Positions 1-10,152 of a stretch of DNA of 64,000 bases are shown one piece after another. Source of the DNA: an uncultured Acidobacteriaceae bacterium (GTDB lineage Bacteria; Acidobacteriota; Terriglobia; Terriglobales; Acidobacteriaceae). The position numbers and the translations under genes are program-made. The stretch spans positions 5,914 through 69,913 of the forward strand of contig CAVZCY010000003.1 of the NCBI GenBank assembly GCA_963773915.1, read 5' to 3'. The first letter of the stretch is position 1. Each line of letters begins with the position of its first letter. The notes beneath the pieces were generated by a model, which ran no database searches, was not told the origin of the DNA, and saw nothing but the letters and a program-made list of their open reading frames with translations.

Positions 1-13
1 ACCAGGAGGCGCA

Positions 14-595
14 ATGTCCCGGATTTCCCGCCTCGACCGCAGCGAACGTGGCCCCCGAAATCGCCGCTCTTTACGACAAGGTCTTTGCCCTTCGCGGCAA
101 TGTGCCCAACATGTTCCGCGTGATGGCCCACCGGCCAGAAATCTTCGCCACCATGCAGGCGCATTTCGCCGCGGTGCTGAATACCGGCACAGTCTCGACC
201 AAACTCAAAGAGCTGATCATCGTCCGCACCAGCCAGGTGAACGAAACGCCCTATTGCCTCGCCAGCCACACCATCCTCGCCCGCAATCTCGGCTGGACCG
301 ACGAGCAGCTTTCCCACCTGGCTGACTGGCCCGCCGCGACGACTTCACTCCCGCCGAAAAGGCTGCGCTGCGTCTCGCCGAAACCGTCACGCGCAACGCC
401 AACGCCGTCACCGACGAGCAGTTCGCCGAGCTGCGCAGCTTTTATTCCGAAGGCGAAATCGTCGAGCTGCTCTGCGCCATCGGCCTCTTCAACTACTTCA
501 ACCGCTTCAACAACGCGCTCAAAATGGAGCCGACCAAGCCCGGCGAGGGCGGCGCATCGCAACAGACGCCCGTCGCCACTGCCTCAGCGCACTAA
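14..595 (+). CDS. Carboxymuconolactone decarboxylase/AhpD-like peroxidase-related protein (two apparent frameshifts)
   Basis: AGGAGG RBS then ATG at 14. Frames join MSRISRL / PEIAALYDKVFALRGNVPNMFRVMAHRPE...KELIIVRTSQVNETPYCLASH / EKAALRLAE...EIVELLCAIGLFNYFNRFNNAL. TAA at 593-595. Confidence 0.8.
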
Positions 596-617
596 TGTCG
601 GTCGGCCCATCCTTGGC

Positions 618-669
618 TGTCATCCTGAGCGACCGGCGCGAAGCGACGGGAGTCGAAGGACCTGCTTCT
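618..669. repeat. REP-like intergenic hairpin repeat, family A (TGTCATCCTGAGCG...TCGAAGGACCTGC)
   Basis: Same core recurs at 11210-11290 and inside each unit of the 20865-21174 array. Pairs as tcct/agga and cga/tcg. Confidence 0.75.
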
Positions 670-733
670 TGAATTCTGGCCAGGGTGGGAAAGTAAGAAC
701 CTTAACGAAAATCATGGTCCACTTCGGAACCCG

Positions 734-1354
734 ATGAACCTCCACTTCCCCCCGGAACTTTCGCCGCCTATCTATTCGATTGTGACGGCACCATCGTCGA
801 CTCCATGCCGCTCCATTACATCGCCTGGAAACAGGCGCTCGGCGAGTGGGGCTGTGCCCTCGACGAAGATCTCTTTTACTCCTGGGGCGGCAAGCCGCCC
901 GTCGAAATCATCGCCTCACTGAACCGCATGCAGGTCCTCAACATGCCCACCGAAGCCGTCGCCGAGCGCAAGGAGAATCTCTACTATGGGCTTCTCCCGC
1001 AACTCAAGCCCGTTCCTGAAGTTCTCGCGCACATCAACGCCCAACAGGGCCGCATCCCGTTTGCCGTAGTCTCCGGCAGCACCCGCGAGTCGATCGTCAA
1101 GTCGCTCACCACGGTTGGCCTGCTCGACCGATTCTCCATCCTCGTCGGCTCCGAAGACTACGCGCGCTCCAAACCCGCTCCCGATGCATTCCTCACCGCC
1201 GCTGCTCGCCTCGGCATTGCTCCCAAAGGTTGCCTCGTCTTTGAAGACACTGACATGGGCATCCAGGGCGCAACCGCCGCCGGCATGGCCTCCGTCCGCG
1301 TTCCCCAGCCGCGCGAGCGACCACAACGGAACCGCTCCCGCAGTGCTTGCGTAA
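734..1354 (+). CDS. HAD-family phosphatase (beta-phosphoglucomutase/CbbY-like), frameshifted near 5' end; 3' end approximate
   Basis: YLFDCDGT (DxD motif I), VVSGS, KPAPD, VFEDTDMG motifs. The 734 frame must shift into the 805 frame. Stop inferred at TAA 1352-1354 via a further indel. Confidence 0.75.
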
Positions 1355-1389
1355 ACTGGACAGGAAGTGGAAAGACATCAGGAGACTGC

Positions 1390-2915
1390 ATTGTCTCGAT
1401 CGCCCTCGAAAAATCTTCCCCCGTCGCCGCCCGCAAGTCCGACCTCGCCATCCTCATCGCCATCGCCGCCGCCATCGCGCTCCTTCATCTCCTCACCAAC
1501 AATCGCTACGGCTTTCATCGCGATGAGCTTCAGTTCCTCTCCGACGCACGCCATCTCGACTGGGGGTTCGTTCCCTACCCGCCATTCACACCATTCATCG
1601 AGCACATCGGCCTCGCGCTTTTCGGCGTCTCGATCGTCTGGCTCCGCATTTCCGCAGTCCTCGCGCAGGCCGCAGTTGTCGTCCTCGCCGGTCTCATCGC
1701 AAAACATTTCGGCGGCTCGCGTCTCGCTCAGGTCACAACTGCTCTTGCCGTCGGCTTTTCACCCCTCGAGATATTCGAAAGCCACGAATTTCAATACACT
1801 TCGTTCGATCTCCTCTGGTGGGTGCTCGCCGCCTACTTCATCGTCCGCCTTCTCAAGTCTCAAGACCCGCGCTGGTTCCTCGCCGTTGGCGCCACGCTCG
1901 GTCTCGGGCTTGAAACAAAATACTCCATCGTCTTCTACATCGCTGGCATTCTCGCCGGACTCATCCTCACCCCCGCGCGCCGTTACGCTCGCCACCGGCT
2001 GGTTCTGGGCGGGCGTCGCTCTCGCGCTCCTCATCTTCCTGCCCAATCTAATCTGGCTCGCCCGCCATGACTGGATTTCTTATACCTTCCTCAAGCACAT
2101 CCATATGCGCGACGTCGGCGAGGGCCGCGCCAAAGGGTTCATCGCCGGGCAATTCTTCATCTGCGCCAACCTTGCCGCCGCGCCGCTCTGGATCGCCGGC
2201 CTCTTCGGATACTTGCGCGACCGCCGCTATCGCATGATCGCCTTCATGTATCTAGTCCCGCTCGCTGTTTTCGGTATCAGCAAAGGCCGCCACTACTATG
2301 TAGCCCCGGCCTATCCCATGCTTCTCGCCATGGGCGCAGTCCTCGCTGAACGCTGGCTGCGCACGCTTCCGCGCTGGGGCCGCTCTACTGTCACGTCCAT
2401 CTATTTCGCAGGCTTCATCTTTATTTCCGTCTTCGAATGCGCACAGCTTCTTCCACTGGCCACGAGCGGCCCGCTCAAGCAGTACGCTCTCAGCCACAGC
2501 TACGACCTCCGCGAAGAAATCGGCTGGAACGATCTCGTCCGCACCGTCGCCCAGATTCGCGATTCGCTTCCGCCCGACCAGCAGGCGCACCTCGGCATCA
2601 CCACGCGGCAATTACGGGGAGTACGGCGCCATTGACGTTCTCGGTCGAGCCTATGGGCTCCCTGAGCCGATCGGTACCACCAACTCCGAATGGTTCCGCG
2701 GCTATCCGACGCCTTCACCCACCACGCTCATCGTCATCGGGCTCACGCGCGAGCAAGCCGACTCGATCTTTACCGGCTGTCGATGGGCCGGCCACAACGG
2801 AAATTCCGAGGGCGCTCTCAATGAAGAAAGCCAAGACCACCCCGACATCTTCGTCTGCGGCCCTCCACGCCTGCCCGTGCAAGAACTATGGAAAGAACAC
2901 CAGGACTTCGGTTGA
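1390..2915 (+). CDS. Glycosyltransferase family 39 / ArnT-PMT-like membrane glycosyltransferase (two frameshifts; start approximate)
   Basis: YGFHRDELQFLSDARHLDWGFVPYPPFTP N-terminus, GLETKYSI, many TM segments, C-terminal NYGEYGAIDVLG...FVCGPPR. AGGAG at 1380. TGA at 2913-2915. Confidence 0.75.
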
Positions 2916-3007
2916 GTTCTATTTTCAACTGACAAAATGAGCACCGCATTGGGGTGAACGATCCCAAAAGCGCACTTGGCATTTTTAAGGTACGGCTCGG
3001 CCGCTTT

Positions 3008-3097
3008 TTGTTCCCTTGGTCCCCGCCGGGGTTCCCAGCGAGCGATCTCTGCTCGATGGGGTGGCTTGGTCCCTTGTTCCCTTGGTCCCTCGGTCCC
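3008..3097. repeat. Family B hairpin element (CGGGG-TTCCC...TGGGGTGG) embedded in a (CTTGGTCC)n-like microsatellite
   Basis: 3024-3064 is flanked by the direct repeat cttggtccc (3015-3023, 3065-3073). Similar cores occur at 11233-11265 and 11878-11914. Confidence 0.6.
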
Positions 3098-3103
3098 TGT
3101 TTT

Positions 3104-3887
3104 TCAGTACAGCAACACCGCCACCCGATACGCCGTAAACGACTCACCCGCCATCTGTGTCGGACAACTGCCCACCGCTGCCTGCCGATATTTGCCGCTC
3201 GCCAGTCGCTCCGCCAGCGCCTGCGGAAGTTGCGTCAGGTCCGCGTCCTGCCAGCGCATCACGAAACGCGCCATTGGTCCGCCATCAGGCCGCGGCATTC
3301 CCACATCGGTCAAACAAGCCTCCCGCGCCACGCTTGAGTCGCGCAAAATCGCCACTCCGCTCACGCGAATCAGAGCCGACAACCCGCGCCTCCACCTTCG
3401 AAGCGCTCAACTGCTCCACAGCCCGCGAATAATCGGCTACGGCATACAGCGAGCCATGAGCAGCCACAACTGCAATGCCCACGCGATCCACATCCGGGCT
3501 GAGCAGGTTGGCGCGATGCCCCGGCGAATGCATCCACTGCTCGTGAATCGTATCGGCCGAGGGCCCCATCGCCACGTTCTCCTCAATCACGCTGTAGTGT
3601 GCGCCCGCCTGCGCCGTCCGCGCGCTCACGTCCGGCTCGCCGTTGTACTGGTGCGAGATCGGCCCTTCCGCCGCCATGCGCAGGCAGTGTTGCAGCGCCG
3701 CATCGGCCAGCGCCGGATCCCAATCCAGCCGGCCCACTCCCTCCTGCGCGCGTGCCTCGTTAGCCAGTGCGAAAATCCGCCCGGCCTCCGCATGCATGTT
3801 GCCGCGTCCGTCCTGCGCCACGCCGGCCGCAGGCATCGCCAGCGCCGCAATCGCAAAAATCCCCTGTGCAAGAACTCTCATCTTCAC
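3104..3887 (-). CDS. Secreted CAP/SCP-domain protein (frameshift ~3370)
   Basis: Signal peptide, ANEARAQEG..L, ISH, EENVA, WMHSPGHRANLL, VGIAV CAP motifs. The C-terminal part is in the ORF ending at 3104. Confidence 0.8.
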
Positions 3888-3978
3888 TTAAACCCCATTC
3901 CCGCCCCGTGTCGCGAAATCCCGCATGGAAATGCGCCGCCGGGCCACATTTCCCCGTCACATTTCCCCTGTGACATTC

Positions 3979-5338
3979 CTAAGACGGGACCGGGTCTTCC
4001 GGCTCGGCCGGCGCGCTATCGAGAGCGGGCCTTCCCCCATTGAGATCGTTACGCCGCACAACCAGGGGGAAAAGAAGAAGTGCCGGCAGTCCCACGACGC
4101 TCGTCATCACGAAGAACCATTGGCCAGCCCATCTTTTCTGACAACCATCCCCCTGAGCCGGCCACAACGGTGCGGCCGAGCAATGTAATCGAGGAAAGCA
4201 GCGCGTACTGAGTCGCTGTCGCCGTGAAACCAGGCGAGCATAGGCTCGAAATATAAGTGATCAGCGCGGTCCCTGCCATACCGCCCGTGATGTTCTCGGC
4301 GGTGACACATAAGGCCAGATAGCCGATGTGATGTCCACCCACCGCCTGCAACACAAAAAACAGGTTCCCCGCCGACTGCAATATCCCGCAAAGGATCAGC
4401 GAGCGCAGGATTCCGTACCGCGTCGTCACCACTCCGCCCAGCATCACCCCGGCCACAATCGAGAAAAATCCGAACACTTTCGATGCGGCAGCGATCTCAG
4501 GTAGAGAGAATCCCAACGATATATAGAGAGGCGTCGACATCACTCCCGCCATCGCCTCGCCCAGCTTGTATCCGAAGATGGAGATAAGAATGACGGGCCA
4601 AAGCGGCCGCCGCATAAAATCGCGAAATGGACTGATGACCGCCCTCGAAAGCGCGTGGCGAACCGCATCCCAGCCCGATTCCACCGCGCGCGGCGTTTCC
4701 GTCGGCACCTTCGGCTCCGGAGCTAGCAAGAACACCACGAGTCCTGCCGCGACGAGCGCCGCCATGGTGGCATAGGCCGCGAACCACCCGGCATAGTTCG
4801 CGATCAAAAGGCTGCCCGCCCCGGAGACCAGCATGCCGACTCGGTAACCGGCTTGAACCATTGAAGCCCCGGAAGCCTGCTGATCCGCGTTCATGCTCTC
4901 TACTCGCCAGGCATCGATCACAATGTCCTGGCTCGCCGATAGAAATGCGACCACCAGCGCCAGCCCGGCCATCATGGGCAAGTTGTGTTTTGGATTGCTC
5001 GATCCCAGAAAAAGAATCGCGACAATTAGGAGAATCTGAATGGTGATTCCCCATCCGCGCCGCCGTCCCAATGGCAATGGCGGTGGCACGCGATCCATCA
5101 GTGGAGCCCACACAAACTTGAATGCATAGGGCGTACCAACCAGCGCGAAGGCGCCGATCGCCGCGCGCCGCACGCCGACTGTCGAAAGCCACGCCGAAAG
5201 AGTGGAGTAGGTCAACAGCAGCGGCAAGCCGCTTGAAAAACCGAGTGCGAGCACCTGCAAGACGCGCGGCTCGGTGTAAGCAGCCAGCGTTTGCCGCCAG
5301 TTGGTTCGGCCAGGCTTGGGTTCAGGTTTTTCGTTCAT
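3979..5338 (-). CDS. ampG: AmpG-family muropeptide MFS transporter (C-terminal frameshift ~4125)
   Basis: LGFSSGLPLLL, KFVWAPLMD, GRRRGW, SASQDIVIDAWRVE, YKLGEAM, ATQYALLSS. Confidence 0.85.
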
Positions 5339-5399
5339 CGCAATTTGCGTATGTGCCTTCTCTCAGCCTACCTCCGCCGGCGCGGCTTATTCTTAAAAC

Positions 5400-5879
5400 G
5401 TGAAGCTCGGAATCATCTCCGATACCCACGGTCTCCTTCGTCCTGAAGTCGCTCCCGCTCTCAAAGGCGTCGACCGCATCTTGCATATCGGCGACGTCGG
5501 CGATTTCTCCATATTGACCGAGCTCGCCAAAATTGCTCCCGTCACCGCCATTCGCGGCAATGTTGACCGGGAAGGCGCCTGCGGCAAGCTGCCTGAAACC
5601 GAAGTCGTGCTTATCGAAAACCCTCCACACGCCGGCCTCTACATCTATATGCTCCACGATCTCAAAACCCTTCACCTCGACCCGGCAGCAGCCAAATTCG
5701 CCGCCGTCCTCCACGGCCACACGCACATCCCGAATTACGTCACGAAAAAAGGAGTGCTCTACTTCAACCCCGGCTCCTGCGGCCCGCGCCGCTTTGAGCT
5801 TCCGGTGACGATTGGTCTGTTAACAGTGAGTTCAGATGGGAAGCTCGAAGCGAAAGTGGTTCCCCTGACCGTCAGTTAA
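5400..5879 (+). CDS. Metallophosphoesterase (YfcE/MJ0936 family)
   Basis: ISDTHG, HIGD, RGNVD, HGHTH, FNPGS motifs. GTG start. Confidence 0.9.
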   Translation: MKLGIISDTHGLLRPEVAPALKGVDRILHIGDVGDFSILTELAKIAPVTAIRGNVDREGACGKLPETEVVLIENPPHAGLYIYMLHDLKTLHLDPAAAKFAAVLHGHTHIPNYVTKKGVLYFNPGSCGPRRFELPVTIGLLTVSSDGKLEAKVVPLTVS

Positions 5880-5962
5880 ACGGGAAATGATTCCCAATTG
5901 GCCAGCATTATGAAGTGGGAGATATCAGGCTGTCGCGGTCATCCGGTGCGAAATATGCTGCG

Positions 5963-7939
5963 CTAGCTCACCAAACTTAGTGAGTGGTCCCCGGGATAGA
6001 AACCATCGTCCGACGAATCCGCAACGTCCGTGACCGCAGACTTCCCTGCGCGAAGCAGCATGCCGCATTCTGCGCTCGGCACCGCCGGGCTGTACAAGAA
6101 ACCCTGCATCTCGGTGCACCGCTGTCTCTTCAGGTAGTCAAGTTGCTGCTGCGTTTCCACTCCCTCGGCAACGCATTCCAGGCCAAGATTGCGTCCCAGG
6201 CTCAGGATGCCGCTCACCACCGCCGCTGCCGCGGGTTTTGTAGCCACGTCGCGCATGAACGATCGATCAATCTTGATTCGATCGATCGGGAATCTCCTGA
6301 GATAAGACAACGACGACCAGCCGGTACCGAAGTCATCCAGCGATAGGCCAACCCCGATTCGCTTCAGATCCCGCATCACCTTGACCGTAGCCTCTGAGTC
6401 ATCGAGCGTCAGGCTTTCTGTCAGTTCCAGGTCCAGCCATCTGGCTTCCAATACGGTTTCGCGCAATGTCTTCTTTACGCTCTCCACAATATCGCCGCGG
6501 TAAACCTGCTGCGAAGAAACGTTCACCGTCACCCGAACCTTCGGGAGTCCTTCTCTTTGCCAGGCCGCGTTTTGCAGGCAGGCCGTTCTTAAAACCCAAT
6601 TCCCCACCTCAACCATCAACCCCAGCTCTTCCAGTTGCGGTATGAATTCGCCGGGAGGGATCAGCCCCTCTTCCGGGTGATTCCAGCGCAACAACGCCTC
6701 AACCCCCGTGATGCGACCTGAACTCACTGAGACCAGTGGTTGGTAATGCAAAACAAACTCGCCGCGCGAGCATGCATGGCGCAGATCCTGGTCGAGCCTC
6801 TGCCTGCGTCGCGTCACCTCGGTAAGCTGGGGCGCAAAGAAACTGTAGATCCCGCGCCCTTTCTTCTTGGCTTCATACATCGCGGAATCCGCAAATTGCA
6901 CCAGCGCCCCCGCCTTGTCTCCGTCCGCGGGAAATACCGAAATGCCGATGCTCGCGCTTATTTGTAGTTCGTGGCCTTCGATATCGAACGGATCGTTCAT
7001 CGTGGCCAAAATCTTCCTTGCAACGGTTTCAATCTCCCGGTTGCCATCAGCCATTCCGATCCCAATCACGAATTCGTCTCCGCCCAGGCGCGCAATGACG
7101 TCGCTCTCGCGCAGGCAGGCTTGCAGCCGCACCGAGACCGATTGCAGAAGACGATCGCCCACAAAATGGCCAAATGAATCGTTCACGCTCTTGAAACGAT
7201 CCAGGTCGAACATGAGCACGGCCACCGATTTTTCATTGCGCGAAGAGAGCGCAATTGCCTGGCCGAGACGATCTTCCAAAAGGACACGATTGGGCAACCC
7301 GGTCAGCGAATCGTGCAGCGACATGTACTGTAGCCATACTTCCGCCTGCTTCCGGTCCGTAATGTTATGCGAAATGCCCATGGTTCCAATGATCCCGCCG
7401 CGTTTGTCCTTCAGCGGCACCTTGGTAGTCAGCGCCCAGCTCTCGTGGCCATCCGGCCAGGTTTCCTTCTCTTCGATTCCGATCTTCGCCTGACCGGTTC
7501 GCATAATCTGCTGTTCGTCCTCGAAGGCCTCGCGCGCATGTTCCGCGCTGAAAATATCGCAGTCGGCCTTACCCACCGCTTCCGCCGGACTGGACAGCCC
7601 GATATATTTGGCCATCGCCCGACCGACGCGCACAAATCGGCTCTCGCGGTCTTTGAAAAATACATTGTCCGGAATATGTTCGAGAAATGCTTCCAGCATC
7701 TCGCGCTCCATCTGGTGGCGCCGTTCTCCAAGCGCATTCAGTAGAACGAGCGCGGCAACAACCAGCGCCAGAATTCCCAGAGCGGCGACCTCCGGAAAAG
7801 AAGCGCCTGACGCATGCGACCGGCCGCCGTATGAAATGATGCCGGGTGCAATCCAAAACGCAGCTCCTGCGCCCAACAAAATGGCTGGGATGGCGATGAC
7901 AACGCCTGGAACTGCCGGAATTTGCCGTTTCCACTTCAT
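5963..7939 (-). CDS. Membrane-anchored PAS-GGDEF-EAL diguanylate cyclase/phosphodiesterase
   Basis: Two N-terminal TM segments, PAS/PAC, HDSLTGLPNR, RLGGDEF, VEALLRW, DDFGTG, KIDRSF, EGVET. Confidence 0.93.
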   Translation of the reverse strand: MKWKRQIPAVPGVVIAIPAILLGAGAAFWIAPGIISYGGRSHASGASFPEVAALGILALVVAALVLLNALGERRHQMEREMLEAFLEHIPDNVFFKDRESRFVRVGRAMAKYIGLSSPAEAVGKADCDIFSAEHAREAFEDEQQIMRTGQAKIGIEEKETWPDGHESWALTTKVPLKDKRGGIIGTMGISHNITDRKQAEVWLQYMSLHDSLTGLPNRVLLEDRLGQAIALSSRNEKSVAVLMFDLDRFKSVNDSFGHFVGDRLLQSVSVRLQACLRESDVIARLGGDEFVIGIGMADGNREIETVARKILATMNDPFDIEGHELQISASIGISVFPADGDKAGALVQFADSAMYEAKKKGRGIYSFFAPQLTEVTRRRQRLDQDLRHACSRGEFVLHYQPLVSVSSGRITGVEALLRWNHPEEGLIPPGEFIPQLEELGLMVEVGNWVLRTACLQNAAWQREGLPKVRVTVNVSSQQVYRGDIVESVKKTLRETVLEARWLDLELTESLTLDDSEATVKVMRDLKRIGVGLSLDDFGTGWSSLSYLRRFPIDRIKIDRSFMRDVATKPAAAAVVSGILSLGRNLGLECVAEGVETQQQLDYLKRQRCTEMQGFLYSPAVPSAECGMLLRAGKSAVTDVADSSDDGFYPGDHSLSLVS

Positions 7940-8665
7940 AATTCGCCGACGGACTGAAACTTAGATAGTTAAGAGCAATCTAATTCCTTCGCGTGCAGAA
8001 TGATAGGGAACGAAAGTTTTTCGCCGGCTACAACTTCAATGGCCGCTCACTAACGCTTTCGTAGTAGAAACCGCAATGGGAAGACGCGAACGAGTCTCCA
8101 TCAGCAACAAGGAGTTTTCATCCCGCGAGGCGCGGGAGTTTTTAGGACGACATCCCCGCTTCCTTAGGTTCACCTATCGGTACACCGCGTCCGCGAAAAC
8201 ACCACGAGCGCAAACGCATGACGGTACTAACGGGGGAGTAAGAATACCCGCCGCAAACCATTGCAAATGATGATGAAGTTGCGGAATCAGGGCTTGGGCA
8301 GCCTCAAAACACCATCGCTGCAGGTTACCGCTGGAATGCGTTGGCCTGTCTCACGTAATGTGAAGGCTCCTCGTTTTGCTTGCCGATCCGCGCCCCACAC
8401 ACGATCCTGAAATCGGCAGTTCATCACCGGACGCGGTTTATCACCGGACGCGATTCATCATCCGGATACTGATCGTCAGAGTGGAACTGCATTGTCGGCT
8501 TGCAGCCATTTCCCCTACTTTTCGGTCTGCCGATTCACTATATTTTTTGAATTGCTGAGCCGCGCACTACGGTGCTGTGGCAGCACGCCCGGCAAAGTGA
8601 TCGATCCATCGATGACCAATACTGATGACCAATATTGTCCATTTCTAGATAAACGAGGTTGATAG

Positions 8666-8917
8666 ATGACGCTTCTCTCAATACAGTACATGCCCTTGGC
8701 CAACGCATATCTTTGCGAAGACTGCCACTGCGTAGGAAATTGCGCGGAGCAGTGCCCGGCTTGCGCCTCCGAGGCCTTAATGGGATTGGCCGGAGTCTTG
8801 AATCGCGGACAATCGCACGAAAAGATTGAACCTGCATTTCGCGTGAAACTGAAATTGTTCTCGCATCGGGAACGCGACAGGACGATGGATGACGACGTAG
8901 CATTCCCGGCAGCATAG
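8666..8917 (+). CDS. Small Cys-rich hypothetical protein (CxxC...CxxC zinc-ribbon-like)
   Basis: LCEDCHCVGNCAEQCPACAS. GAGGT RBS at 8655 before ATG 8666. Confidence 0.6.
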   Translation: MTLLSIQYMPLANAYLCEDCHCVGNCAEQCPACASEALMGLAGVLNRGQSHEKIEPAFRVKLKLFSHRERDRTMDDDVAFPAA

Positions 8918-9132
8918 GCGCGAGGCGTGTAAGGGTCTGCTTCATGGGCTCGCGTCAACCATAAATCAGGCGCGCGGCCCACATTTCGCAATTCCGAATC
9001 GACCGGATTGAGCTTTTCGTCAATCCCGCATTTGCACAACCAATATTAGTAATGTTGATCCCGTGGTGAAGAAGGTACGGTAACGTCCTCTCTCTCTGCC
9101 GTCGCAAGCGCAGCACGCCGATAATCGTAGGT

Positions 9133-10152
9133 GTGAATGCCCGAAACAATCTCGCCCTCTTAAGCGACTACGCCGCCTATCTTCGTGTGGAAAAAGGACT
9201 TCGCCCGCTCACCTGCGAGGCCTATCTCAGCGATCTGCGCATCTTTGCCGAGTTGCTCGAGGAGCGCAACACCGTGCTCCTTAAAGCAGTCGAGGCCGAT
9301 GTCTCCGCATTTCTCGACCATCTGCGCAATCACAACATCGACTCCCGCACCGCTGCGCGCAAGCTGAGCTGTTTGCGTGGCTTTTATAAGTGGCTGCTTC
9401 TCGACCGCCGCATCCATCACGACCCAACCGTCAACATCGAATCGCCCAAAGCCTGGAAGGTCCTGCCCAAATCGCTTGCCGAGCCCGAAGTGGCAGAGAT
9501 GCTCGAGCGCGCGAACATGGCGGCCACGCATCCCCAGGCCAAAGCCACAGCGCTTCGCGACCGCGCGATTCTCGAGCTCCTCTATGCGGGCGGCCTCCGC
9601 GTTTCTGAAGTCACATCGCTCGGCGTCAGCGATCTCGCTCTCGATTCCGGCCGCGTTCAGGTTCGCGGCAAAGGCGACAAGGAGCGAATCGTGCCTCTCG
9701 GCCGCTCGGCGATTCAGGCACTCGAGGAGTATCTGCGCGAGGGCCGCCCACACCTCGAGCGCATCAGCTCGGCACGTAGAAACAGAGCAGCAAGGCAAGG
9801 CAGCGCGGGCCTCTTCCTGTCTCTGCGCGGCATGCCTCTCACCCGCCAATGGGTCTGGAGCATGGTGAAAAGGCCGAACAAATCCGCCAGCCCTCACGGA
9901 TTGCGCCACAGTTGCGCCACCCACATGGTCGAGCACGGCGCCGACCTGCGCAGCGTGCAGATGATGCTCGGCCACGCCGATATCTCCACTACGCAGGTTT
10001 ATACCCATCTCGCCCTCGGCCGCCTGAAAGCCGTGCATCGCATGCATCATCCCCGCGGATCGCGGCATATGGCCGGCTCCGACGCCGATGCCGCCCCACT
10101 CCCCGGCCCGCGTCTTGTCGTGCCCCACAACGCCGGCGAGGAGACACCATGA
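9133..10152 (+). CDS. xerD: Tyrosine recombinase XerD
   Basis: RDRAILELLYAGGLRVSE, GKGDKER, HGLRHSCATH, LGHADISTTQVY: full R-K-H-R-H-Y set. Confidence 0.88.
   Translation: MNARNNLALLSDYAAYLRVEKGLRPLTCEAYLSDLRIFAELLEERNTVLLKAVEADVSAFLDHLRNHNIDSRTAARKLSCLRGFYKWLLLDRRIHHDPTVNIESPKAWKVLPKSLAEPEVAEMLERANMAATHPQAKATALRDRAILELLYAGGLRVSEVTSLGVSDLALDSGRVQVRGKGDKERIVPLGRSAIQALEEYLREGRPHLERISSARRNRAARQGSAGLFLSLRGMPLTRQWVWSMVKRPNKSASPHGLRHSCATHMVEHGADLRSVQMMLGHADISTTQVYTHLALGRLKAVHRMHHPRGSRHMAGSDADAAPLPGPRLVVPHNAGEETP

Noticed and set aside
805-2070. Apparent HAD phosphatase-GT39 fusion ORF
   Set aside because: A separate AGGAG RBS at 1380 and a stop in a neighbouring frame at 1354, in a region full of indels, make read-through by a frameshift error more likely than a real fusion
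2976-4043. Long antisense/shadow ORFs (e.g. 2976-4043, 9160-10158, 17404-18843, 24252-25208, 38823-39737)
   Set aside because: They lie opposite well-supported genes in GC-rich DNA, where stop-poor shadow frames are expected, and show no motifs
8250-8300. c-di-GMP-I riboswitch (GCAAACCATT...) near the GGDEF/EAL gene
   Set aside because: It lacks the downstream GGGACGCAAAG-type element and tetraloop/receptor arms, and lies on the opposite strand from the gene
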